Source: Craspedostauros australis (taxonomy: Eukaryota). From it: a DNA stretch of 39,334 nucleotides. The stretch lies in assembly GCA_030167865.1 (NCBI GenBank), contig JALAGF010002881.1, forward strand, positions 1 to 39,334, given 5' to 3'. Positions within the stretch are counted from its first letter, which is position 1. Each line of letters opens with the position of its first letter. The notes under the pieces were generated by a model. The model was given only the letters and a program-made list of their open reading frames with translations. It had not been told where the DNA came from and searched no databases. A program made the position numbers and the translations under genes. This document shows, in pieces, positions 9,523 to 20,953 of the stretch.

Positions 9523-12500
9523 TCGGAGTGCTCTCTCGGCCTTCGTTGATTGGTTGTGGGAGCCGGTCGTGGTTCGATCCGCTGCGACTATGGCGTAGTA
9601 ATGAGCAGTTGTATGGTTCCTGCAGTCCGGAGAACCTCCACAGAAGCACTTGCCTCCTGTTCTTCGATCCGTTGGATCAATCCGGCAACGTGCACAGGAG
9701 AGACACAGGCGACGCGCCCACAACTCGTACCTCTCCTCATCCAACAGATGCTGGCGGCGGGGCAGCAGGCAGGTGATTGCAGAGGATGCTCGAAGGAGGT
9801 ATAGTGTCTCCAGCTCCTCGTTGGTCGCACGGCTGACGTTGTTGCATGTGTGTGCTTTTGATCATGGCGTTGATGGCCGCAACCACGTTTCAAACGAATC
9901 ACCACACAAGCAATCAAATTGAAAACCACGATTGACAATAGGAATCACGAATTGGGTTGCGAGTGAAAATAGAACTACATACTCAAATGATCATACTAGA
10001 AATGTCCGTTACGAAACAGCCCGAGGAGGTGGTGTCGACTGGTGTAAATGTAGGACGTTCTACATGCTCAGTCTTGATTGAGGAATCGCTTCCTCAATGT
10101 GGTGCGCGGATGCGTGAAGACGGATCGTGGGAGAAGGGCTGTTGGGCTTTACTTCGCCATGCCGATCTGTATTCGCGTCTTTGGCTGCACTTTCACACGC
10201 TTTGTGTGGATAGTTCGGTTTTATGTTGAACACTCGCGATTTCATCTGCCTTGATTTCCACAACAAGCGCGAATGCGGAATACCGGTGTCGGCGAACAGG
10301 TCATCGTTCGCACAAGACAGGACATTTCTCCTGAGCGTCGCGCGAGGTGACTATCGCAGCGCCCCATCTTCGAGTGCATCGCATCGCCTTCGACTTCACA
10401 GTCCATCACCTGTTCGCTGGACGGAAGGCAGCGAACACCCGAATCTGTTCATGTGGGCCACGTTTCCTTCACTCCTCTCCTGCCATGGCCAATCGCACCT
10501 TACGAGTACATGGTGGCGCTCTGTTGTTTGCCGTCGCGCAAATCCAACGGAAGATGCGGATGGACGAAAGATAGCCACGAGATGGACCAAGTTCTTGTAT
10601 TGTGCTGTATCGCATTGCATTGCAACTCACACGAATGTGCAGGTAGGCATAGCTCGTAGTACAACACAATGGGTGTCTATCCCTTCACCAGTAAAGAAGC
10701 TCAAATTCAGCCACACACAGATCAATAGTTCGCTGTTTGAAAGTCCAATGTCAATTTCAGTGCCAATGCTCCAGTGACACGGATGGGCGAGCAAAAGAAC
10801 GTTGGTGGAAGATATGCGCTTTGCAGAAACCAAACGGCTTTGCACGCCGAGGAATGATGATGTTGGCGCTTTGCGTTGCAGGCGCGACCTGTGGTTGATG
10901 CCATGCCTGTAGCAGGCCGCGAACCGAAGAATCGAGTGCCGCACACAGCACCATCTGGTACGAGTACGATTGCGAGGATGGTGGCACGACAGATTTTGGT
11001 TTTTGCCACAGAGCGCCTGTACGCTCCTTTAGCCGTGGGGCGGCAATGGACAGCGGTCACACATGCGAGTACTTGTGCGAAGAGGTACAGAGGCGCGAGC
11101 ACGCACTCGTGGCAGCGATAGCGACACAAGATCACAGAATCGCAGTCTTGTCCTTGATTGTTCGTCAAGACGAAGGGTTCTCCTTTGTGCTGCAGCGAAA
11201 CAGAAGCCACGAACTACTCGCAGAGAGCTCGGAGCCTTGGTGTATTTGCACCAACACACGTCACCTTGTTTGTGTCATTGGGCCAAGTTCTGGTCACGTT
11301 CTCATCTCGCCACAACACGATCAGCAATCATGGGCGCCTCAGTTGCTTAGTGGCACGAAAGCGACGTGCGCCTGTATGCTCCGTCCTCGCTATTCGTGGG
11401 ATGCTGAACACACAAGCAAAGCGCGAAGTGTCATCCATTCTGAAGTATGCGCGAGCTCAGCATGGGCGAGCTGTGGTGGCACAGGCCTCAGACCCAAATC
11501 AGTGCAACGGCACCGGTTGAAGAGACGATGCAGCAAACAGATCGGTTCCACTGCATGAGCCATTGAGTGCTCTGGAGTGTAAATACCTTCACAGAGGAGC
11601 ACATGAGACGGACAGGATCGCGTGGAGCCGCAGGACAGATCTAAGTGGCAGTTGTGACCATCACATCGAACGCAAACAACCCGTTTCACTGGTTTGATCG
11701 TGGTGAGATAGGCGCATCAATCCCCGCCAAAAGGTTGAGCAATTCATATCTTTTTGTTCCGACCGTTTCCCTCCATTCTACTGGCTCTGGAGAGGCTCTC
11801 TTGGCCGAACGCCATCAATGCGGGTTCTCGTGGGCAGCGACCAAACGTTGTGGCTCCGTCATGATGTCTGAGGCACGTCATCCGTTCCTTTCCTGGTGTT
11901 GCTGTGCGCGTCTGCAGTATCCCCCGTCTGTTGTACTTCTTGCGAAGCATCATCCCCGCGTCTTGTGGTTAGATGCTTTCGATACCTGCAGATAAAGAAT
12001 GCGCACGAGTAGCTCGTAATATTACACGTTCCATGGATGATGCCTCCGCACCCTGGAAGAACACCCACCACCACTGGTCTTTCTCTCGCATCCTTTGCTG
12101 GTCATGCGGTATCGTGTATGGAGGAGATCGTACTGCTACTCATGGGAAGGCACCTGGCCAAGGAGCAGGCGTGCTCTGTGCGAAGGAAGGGTTGAGCTTG
12201 TACTCGAGTTCGCTTGCCCGCGCTCTCTCTCCAGGATTTATGGGTCCCACAGCTAAGGCCACCTTTGTGAACAACGAGGAAGAAATTTGGACAGCCGCAT
12301 GTATCCACCATGAACATGGTAGGCGTACGGTGTGTATGTTGCTGAAAACAGAACAGGCGGTCCTGTCCCAGCGCACAACGTGGATGGCCTTGGCACATCA
12401 AGAACGCAGAGAGAGGGAGAGAGAGGAGGCCGCTCGGGATGGTCTTCTTCGCTCTGCCGTCTGTCCACAAAAGATTTATTGTCAGCTCACTTCGCGTATG

Positions 12501-13725
12501 GGAGATGTGAGTACTCTCTACTGAGTAGCTCGTCCTTGAAGCACAACCGTTTGGTACGAGTGCATCGAGTAGATTCACATGAAATGTGCAAGAGCTCGCT
12601 GGCCGCCGTCTTCTTGCAGGGGAGAGAAACATAGCATCTTCGTTTTCGCGCGTTCTTTGAACGGAATTGGTTGGATTGTTTGTCTCACATATTAGTTGCC
12701 ATGCCATACTATACCCGCAGATCCGGGGTGTGGGCGTCGATGAAGAAAGTTTCTGTGTATTGCTGATTCCTGGAAGCCCGAATGAGTGCATCGCGACCAC
12801 TTGAACAAGGAGAATCAAGAGAAGCGCCACAGCCTCCCGCATCGCCGCCAGCGCCCCCACCAACAGCAAACCAACAAACAAGCAAGCAAACAAGCAAGAT
12901 GTACGTTCTTCGATGAAATGCCTCCAGTGACATTGAACATAAGTATACATGCCGTGGTGCTGCAAGGTTCCATACTCGGAGAGCACTGTATGTACGGGTA
13001 TCGCATCACGTCGCAGCTATTATGGTGCTGATACAACTATTATATTACATAATATTATTGTCAGAGGAGCGATATATGATAGTAGTTATGGCATTGCTAC
13101 GAGTGTGACAGCGCAACCTCGGTGTCCGATCATGTCACCACGACAAATCGAACTTGTGACGAGCCGCGAGCAATAAGAGAGTGCTGCGGGTGAGGAACAG
13201 TCAATGTGTGATACGGAACCGCCACCGCCTCCTCCTCAAGACATTTGCAAGTGCGTATTTGCGCTCGTGCTCGTGCGCATAGCGCTTGTGTTGCAGAAAA
13301 TGCGTGAGGTGTGTGGTATGGGGCACGATGGGCGAAATCATCCGCTGTGCCATGCCTTGCGAATAGTTGTTGTGTCGGTGACTCTCTTGTTCGTAACCTC
13401 CTGAACGGAACTGAGAGCCAAACTCAGGCCATCTTTTGTGTCCCAGCTCGGAGAAAGCGTCATTGGGCGAACCCCTCCTCCTCTTGTGGGGGAGGAAGCA
13501 CGGCGCACAGCATGTTTGTATATTCATTGTTTGCTTGCTTGTCTGCTTGCCCGCGTCATCAGTGCATCGAAATCGCGCTGATGGTGCAGGCTGATTTCCG
13601 CATCCGAGGATATGAAGCTCCTGTGATGCGAGGCATTCTCGGTTGCGTCGGCGTTTGCTTGTTTGTTACCGTGTGGGTGTGATTGTCACGGTGTCTCTCC
13701 TCGTACCGTTCCTTCGTTGAGTTGT

Positions 13726-14508
13726 TCAGGCCGCACCCGCCGTCGTTTGGCCGCACAGGATCAGCAGGTTGAGGAGGAATTGGTTGACATCCTTGCCGTC
13801 GCATCCCATGGCGGTTTCCAAAGTGATTGCAAGTCTGCTGAGCGACGTCGCGGTGGCGTCGATCTGCGCCATCTCGCGGCACACGCAGGCCTGGTTGTTG
13901 AGGACGGCCATCTGGAGGAGAGACCAGCCTTTGCAGAATGCCATGTCCTTCTTCTCATGGTCTATCCGCATCTGCACCCACTGGAAGAGCTTGTTGGATT
14001 GGTCGAGGAGCTTGTGGCCGCGCTCGCCGTAGAAGATACCCAGGATGGCGTACATCAGCGCCAGGTTGTACCATAGCACCCAGATCCATTCGCACGGTGA
14101 AGAGGAGTCCACGACCTCCTGTGCGACGGCCGCGCTGACCTTGAGGGCCCGGAGGCAGAGGAAGGAGACCGCGCCTTCCTGCTCCTTGTTGTTGCTCGTG
14201 TGCGCTCGGTAGGTGGAGGAGCAGTCGACCCAGTGGTATCGGTAGACGTCTTGCAGGTGGAGCGGCAGGAGGGGGACCTGCGATGCCAAGGGGCTCTTTG
14301 CCAGCATAGCGGCGCGGGAGAGGATCTCGATAGCGTGCGTTAGGTTGCCGGCTTCGAACTCTGTGATGCTCTCATTGTTGAGCTCGATGACGAGCTGGTT
14401 GATGGATGACGGCAGCACTGCGGTCGAGGAGTGATGCGGCTGAGCATGGTCATGCGCATTGCCTGCGCACGGCAGTTGCTGGTTGTACTGTTCTGGTGGT
14501 GATGACAT
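13726..14508 (-). CDS. TPR-like helical hypothetical protein (260 aa)
   Basis: High-GC3 ORF with CAACAAC-ATG context. TPR-like helices IELNNESITEFEAGNLTHAIEILSRA, LWYNLALMYAILG and AVLNNQACVCREM, with C-terminal TAGAA. I recall this pattern from a diatom-expanded uncharacterised family. Confidence 0.75.
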   Translation of the reverse strand: MSSPPEQYNQQLPCAGNAHDHAQPHHSSTAVLPSSINQLVIELNNESITEFEAGNLTHAIEILSRAAMLAKSPLASQVPLLPLHLQDVYRYHWVDCSSTYRAHTSNNKEQEGAVSFLCLRALKVSAAVAQEVVDSSSPCEWIWVLWYNLALMYAILGIFYGERGHKLLDQSNKLFQWVQMRIDHEKKDMAFCKGWSLLQMAVLNNQACVCREMAQIDATATSLSRLAITLETAMGCDGKDVNQFLLNLLILCGQTTAGAA

Positions 14509-14612
14509 GTTGTTGTTGTTGTGTTTGTGAGTGATGTTGTGTTTGTGAGTGATGTTGTGGAGAGTTGTGTTTGTGACTGATGTGACGTGACGTGACGTGA
14601 CGCGACGTGATG
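14509..14612. repeat. Low-complexity leader: (GTT)n, 18-bp unit GTTGTGTTTGTGAGTGAT x2-3, then (GTGAC)x~5
   Basis: Directly visible immediately upstream of the 14508 ATG. Confidence 0.85.
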
Positions 14613-17600
14613 TGTGGGGGCAGTTTCAAGTCGAGTAGAGAACTTAGGAGGGTCCTGCGTACTAAACCTGTCGAAGTTCGTGTTGCGTTACTGTGTGTTG
14701 CGTTGGCGGGTTCTGAGGCAAGTTGATGTGTGTTTTCTGGATGTTTCGGATTGTGCTTGTTTCGGTTTTATGTGGACAGTGAGTGTTCTCGAGATGTGTT
14801 TGGTCCCTCTTGCCCATCCCTTGTGTACTTGGAGGTCGTAGGCAACACACACGCAATGGGTACCCCGTGTAGAACCCGTAGCCGCCACCATGGAGTAACG
14901 CGGTCTTGGCGATGCTTGCCTCTTTGTCCCAAGACACATGCGTGGATTTCGACATTCTTGGAGTGCCCACAAGCGCGCAGGTACATTTCCAGTCATTCGG
15001 CATCCTGGGCGGTTCCTCGCTCTGTCGAGATTTTGTCTCGCGTGTTGGTTTTCACGTTGACATCTGCGACCGGATGTGTCGGCTGATTGGTCGCAGGCCA
15101 AAGCTTCTTTCGCCAGCCACGTTCCATTTATGGGCTTCTGCGCGTCTCGGAATCGGAGACTCTGGCGAAGCCTCTGCGGAAAGATGGAACAGTCCAAACC
15201 GAAAATGTCACGACCGCGTAGAAATCCTACTGCGGACAGGAGGAAAGTAGTCGTAGGACAAACCGCACAACGCCATCCACACCAGACCAACTTGTCCCAA
15301 GGCAAGATCTTGATTCCATACTGCCTGTGGGAGATGGTGGCTTGCCGAAGACGTCCTCACCTTGTGTACATGAGTATAGGTCGTACCGTACAAGGACGGC
15401 AGCGCATGAAAATGCTTTTCCCAGCGACGAGCCATCTGCCGACCCGTGGTTTTTCGTTTGCTCCGCCCGATGGATTCTTGATCCTGTACCATCACAGTAC
15501 CCAACTCTGCCCCCTCGCTGCATGTGCTGACCTGCGCGCACCTCGCACCTGTGGCGCTTGCACCTCGTGGCATGCATCCGCGTCCTCTGGGCCCTCTACA
15601 ACTCGCCCATGGAAGTGTTCGCCACTCCGGCGCCGGACGTCTTCGGCCGTCGCTGGAAAGGTTCGCACCGTCGAAAGCGGTTTCCTCTTCTTTCTCCCCA
15701 GAACACAAACAGAGCCTCGTCGCGGAAAGATGTTTATCTGCAACCGTCACCAGCGATTTCGACGTGGTCGATATTGTCTCCTCTCTCTCTCAAGTCTCGC
15801 AGCAGGAGCGCACTTTCTCTCGTGTGGATGATGGTGCGATGGGACTTCGTGTCCTGCATTGTTGGAATTGGGTCGAATCTTGGTCTTGCTTCGTGAGTGG
15901 AAACAACTTGCTCGTCCATCGACCAGCGACAACGTTCTCACTCCCTTACGGCACAGTTCTGCAAGGGAGTTACATGCAGAAACCACTCCAAAATCAAGCA
16001 CGAACGCAAACGCAAAAGCAAATACATCTGGTTCTTCCTCAATCGCAGAAGCTACTCGCTTCGATGGTGCATGCTGCCAATCAACAACGTAGGAGAAGGG
16101 CAGGGCGATCCATCGAAGCGCACGTGCTTGCACCATGGTCTACGAACTAACACTCTGCGAGGTGTGGCGGCGAGTACTCGATGCAACCAGAGTGACCTGC
16201 ACTTCCGCAGGTGCGGTGTGGGCGCTGTCCCTTCGCGACCGATCCAGCCAGGCGCCAACTAAAAAAGGGTACCAATGAAACCACCTGACTCAGAAGCAAC
16301 AGGAGAGACAAGAACCCTGAAGAACTCAACCACTGCGTAGGTATATATTATATATATCATAGCTAGGAGTATTCGTATGGTACCTCACAAGCAAGAGAAG
16401 TGCTATACAACAAACATCAACATGGCACTCCTGCAATTATCCCTCTCGGGTTCTGCACTTGCAGGACATGCCATAGGTATTGCGATCTCATGAGAACATG
16501 AAGCAGAACGCAGAAACGTTGCGTGACACATAGGGTAGGGGGGGCTTGCATGTCAGGTACTGCCTGTTTGTGTTCATTCGAAGGTCGTGAACACAAGAGC
16601 GTTGAACTTGAATGAGCGTGACGCCTTCGCGACTAGGCCCTATTGAATTGTCCACACGGCATCCTCTCACGAGACAAATCGTATTGCGAAGTCTTGGATC
16701 GCTCCGACATGTTGTGCAGCCTGGCCGAAGAACTAGACATTTTGATCGTGGGACCTTCGTGTTCCTGTGGTCTTGCCGCTGCTAGTTTCTTCACGAAGAC
16801 AAATTGGTTGCATCTTCCTTTCTGCGATGTGGAGCTGGTCGGCTTCGACGACTTGATTCACCATTGTGGTGCTGGACAACTTCAACTTTACCTCTATCTT
16901 CTGCGAGACGTGCACGAACATATATGTCGCGCAAGGAACAATCTGCTCCTTGGCTTCTCGCCATATCGTTTCCACAACGCAGGTTAAGGAAGGAAGGCGT
17001 CACGATTGCTCGGATTTGATCGTACGCTTGCAGGGTACCCGAAGAGTAGAGCGAGTGCAATTGAACATCTACGGACGAGACACCCACCAACAGAGAGGCG
17101 CCAAACCACCTCACTCTGTAGTCCACTGGCACCAGAATGAAGATTAACATCACGCAGAACGAACTGCAACATCGTCATGCCAATTCTAGAGTACGATACT
17201 CTGCTCAACGCACCGTGTTCTGCTTCAACACCCAAACAGCCTCAGCTACAGATATAATACACAGAAGCAAACAACAGATCCAAAAATGTAATCCGGTCGC
17301 GGAAGCGCGCGTATGGTACCCAATCCACACAACTTGTCCGGCCTTCCCACAGACATTTCCGCTGCTCGCTTTGCCACCCACTCGCGCAGCTGCCATTGCG
17401 GATGCATGGTGTGAACCAAACGCACCCCGGACGAACATCGCGGGACAGGCTGCACGGCTTCATCATGTGCCCACAGCATGGGCGATCCCAACCAACATGT
17501 CCGTGGATTCCGACCACCGCGCCCATTTTAGTCTCCGGACCCCCTCGCGGCGACCCCACCTTTGGGAGGTACCGATGTTATGTCTGGTGCCAGCGACAAC

Positions 17601-18204
17601 GGCAGACGAGCCATCTCTCCCTTTCCTTTCTTCGGATGAAAAGCCGTAAAGAGCTTTTCGTGTGCGGGTACGACGATTCCGCGTTGTCGTGTGATACAAA
17701 ATCATCATGGCCATGCTTTGGCAATCTGTCGGAAGTGTTCTAGTGGTAAAATCCAGCTGGCCCTCGTGTCCAGTCAGCTCGACGAAATGACACACGGGCC
17801 TGCGCCCCACACCCCTTTGGCAAACAAGGAGAATGAGACGCGGGTCGCAGTCGCTGGCACGAAGCGTTGGCAGTTGAAGTTGGCGCAGCAAACATGCTTG
17901 AGAGTATCGCGACAGACAAGATGCAGTAGAGGAGAACAGTACTGATGGCCGCGACCCGTGCGCTCACAGTCAAGAAGAGACATGTCGCACTGACGAAATC
18001 ACCAACGACAGCGACATGGTAAAAAACGGGAATAGTCGTAGGTGATGGGGAATCGTTTAGGGGGTCCGTGTTGCTCCCGTGTTTGGTTGGGAACGGAGCA
18101 CTCGTGAGCTTTGGCACGAACAGATCGGATCTGCGCAAACGCAGCAGGGCGGTATTGGCGAGAGAAGGCGGAAGCACCTTGAGGATGAGTCGTGTGCGGG
18201 AATC

Positions 18205-18270
18205 GGCTTGAAGTTTGGTAATACAGCGCAACTGATGGGCTTGAAGTTTGGTGAGACAGTGCAACTGATG
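18205..18270. repeat. 33-bp tandem duplication (GGCTTGAAGTTTGGT.A.ACAG.GCAACTGATG x2)
   Basis: Units 18205-18237 and 18238-18270 differ at 3 positions. Confidence 0.85.
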
Positions 18271-18677
18271 GAGGCGCACAGCGAATGTTTTAAGCGGAAA
18301 GGAAAGCGAAAGCACGATCCAATCATGTTTGAGAAGCAAGAACATGTTCGGCCATGCGGGAAACAATCACGATGGTGTCAACGATTGTGTGTTTGGACAA
18401 CTCGTGCAAATCGGAGGACGTTGCAATCGCAAGAACTCGCGCCACGCGATCGTGACAACAAGGAAGGAAGAAGGGTAAGTGCGCCGATTGGATCATAATA
18501 ATGCAATCGCGTCTTCGCCTACACCGTTCACTCAGACTCACAAGATCATTGCGGAACAACATCGAGGAGCAACATCCAGCGACCAAGACATCAATTCTGT
18601 GCCACTTCTACTCTGAGCTATCCCATCCTATTATATTCTATTCTATAACACTTTGCTAGAGTAATTTCATCATCACC

Positions 18678-19421
18678 ATGCCATCAACTTCAGAGACAAT
18701 GCCATCAACATCATCACTGCCACCATCGGCACCATCAAACGACAAGACTGGCAAGGACGCCAGAACCATGCTGAAAGCATCGCCGAGGATCAGCATCAAA
18801 GGCACCGGCGATGTTTCCGTGCGCTCCTACTGCATCCCGGAAGAATTCATCTGCCCGCTGACTCTGGACATCATGCGAGAGCCGGTCGTCGATCGACTCG
18901 GCAACACGTACGAACGCGATGCCATCTTTGCGTGGATCCGGGATCATCGCACGTGTCCCATGACGCGGCGCAAGATGGGACCCAGGGACGTGATCCGCAA
19001 CCAGTTGCTGCGATCGCGCATCGAAAAATGGCGGGCGCAGCATGATCTGGAGGATGACGACGAAACCGACGACGACAGCGTTGATCAATGCTACGGCATC
19101 TTGGATGAGGGCGTCGATGGTGATGAGTGCAACAATGGCTCCAAGCTCAACACGAGGCCCAGACACCAGCGTGAACCGCAGATCCTCATCACGCTGCCGG
19201 AGAACTTTGTGGCACAGCACCGCAGCGGGGTTTTGAGCCCCAGCCGCAGCGGAATGCACGTGCACGAAGATGGGACACTGAATGTCGAATCGATCATTGC
19301 AACGCAGGGGGCCATCCGTGTGGTCCTCCCGTCCGACACCAGTGGAGAGTTGAGGCAGCCTCCATCCAATCGTCGTCGCCGTCGTTTCGCAGGCGTGTCA
19401 AAGCTCTTTCGCAAGAAGTAG
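18678..19421 (+). CDS. U-box domain protein (putative E3 ubiquitin ligase, 247 aa)
   Basis: Canonical U-box IPEEFICPLTLDIMREPV...GNTYERDAIFAWI...TCPMTR...NQLLRSRIEKW. CATCACC-ATG start context. Basic C-terminus (NRRRRRF...FRKK). Confidence 0.9.
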   Translation: MPSTSETMPSTSSLPPSAPSNDKTGKDARTMLKASPRISIKGTGDVSVRSYCIPEEFICPLTLDIMREPVVDRLGNTYERDAIFAWIRDHRTCPMTRRKMGPRDVIRNQLLRSRIEKWRAQHDLEDDDETDDDSVDQCYGILDEGVDGDECNNGSKLNTRPRHQREPQILITLPENFVAQHRSGVLSPSRSGMHVHEDGTLNVESIIATQGAIRVVLPSDTSGELRQPPSNRRRRRFAGVSKLFRKK

Positions 19422-19604
19422 CACGGGAGATCGTGCAGCAAATGGATGCAACGCTGACCGGCCATGTGTCAGCGCCAGACAGAGCGTGGGAGAGTAGAAT
19501 AATATTCTGCAATTTAGAGTACCATGCATCATTTTTTCAAATCAGTATTCCTCAACAAACGGTCCGTTGAACCGATTGGGCCCCCATACTACTCGTGCCA
19601 CACT

Positions 19605-20500
19605 CTACGCTGTGTACTTCGCCATGGTCGAGCGGTAGTCGTTCTCGATTGTGCCGGCGGCCATGTACAGGCAGTCGAGCGTGATGGCATTCTTGACCTG
19701 CAGGCGGACGCGCATGCGCAGCGTTGGAGAGATGGGTGGGCGGATTCATGGATGCATGGATGAATGCATGCATCGGTGGATGGAAGAGTGAGTAAGTGAC
19801 ATTGCAAAGGGATGATCAAAGAGATGGGCGGCAATGAAACAGTTTCGGACTTCGGCAAGGAATGCGCCAAGCTTTGCAGTTGGTAGATGTCATGCAATCA
19901 GCAGCACCGGTCCACAACGCAACTGCACATACTCCATAGTACCCCAGAGTGCTCTACTACAAATCAACTCACCCGCATCATTTCGTATCCATTCAGAACT
20001 TGTTCGAGCTGTTGCTTCCATTCCGCTGCCTTTGCCAGCAGATCGTCGTCATTGCTTTCCTCGCCACCCTTCGTTTCCGCCAGACTTCCTGACTCCAACC
20101 ACGCCTCATCTTCGTCTTGCATCATGGGCAACGGGCGAAACGTGCCGTCACCAATCTCATCCATGCTCTCGTCTCTCCGCGCATCGTCAGCGTCGAAGTG
20201 GGATGCCGCCATTCCATCCTCCTGGCGTGAGGCGTCGGAGAAGTTCTTGCGTTTGGCGCTGTTACGCGCGGCATCCCCTTCATCACCATTCTGCGGCAAG
20301 GGATCCATGTGCATTGCCGCATCTTGCTTGCTGCCGATCTGCAGTCGTGGCCGTTGCGACGATCCCGACTGTGACACGCCCGTATCCATGGCCGAGAAAC
20401 GTGGACCTTCTTGCCGATCCACGGACTTCATGCCGTTGTAGCGCTTGCTGTCCTTGTTGACAACAACATGGTGCAGTGCAGTTGGTGGTGGTGACGACAT
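19605..20500 (-). CDS. Two-exon hypothetical protein (~206 aa); exons 20500-19973 and 19697-19605
   Basis: ORF 19964-20518 stops just after a strong donor, CGG|GTGAGT (19972). Acceptor CCTGCAG|GTC at 19698 gives a phase-0, high-GC3 30-aa exon VKNAITLDCLYMAAGTIENDYRSTMAKYTA* that continues the helix WKQQLEQVLNGYEMMR. Confidence 0.65.
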
Positions 20501-20953
20501 GTTGCGAAGTATGATCACCTTTCACAACTGACGGAAGGGATGATCGACCTCCAACTTTGCGCGCTTCCTGCCTCTTCAGTGTGTTGCCTCTTCGGTTGTT
20601 CTTGGTCTCTTCCTTGTCGGCACCAAGTTTCGTTCCTTCTTTTCGTATCTTCGTTGGATCGACACTCTCGGACAACAGTCCGTTCGCGGTACTGAAAACA
20701 ATCGTGTTCAGTTTCGCGCCAAAACCAATTTGACCCAATCGACTCTATCATCATTGGTTCCTAGTTCACACAAACGAAGACAAAAAACGTCGACACCTGC
20801 TCCCAACACGATGTGCACAAAGATCGAGCCTCGAAGTGTTGGTGGTGTTGCAGTCCGACTGCGAGTCAGCACTGACCCACAATACCAGAGAGCGGTGTCT
20901 TTCTCATCGTTGCCGCACGCATTCCATTCAAACGACCAGCCGGAGCATCGACC

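Noticed and set aside
16633-16655. TAGGCCCTATTGAATTG as a Harbinger-like TIR
   Set aside because: No inverted partner found in the window by eye.
8207-19421. MATH-BTB plus U-box genes as a ubiquitination cluster
   Set aside because: They are ~9 kb apart and both belong to large families, so co-occurrence is unremarkable.
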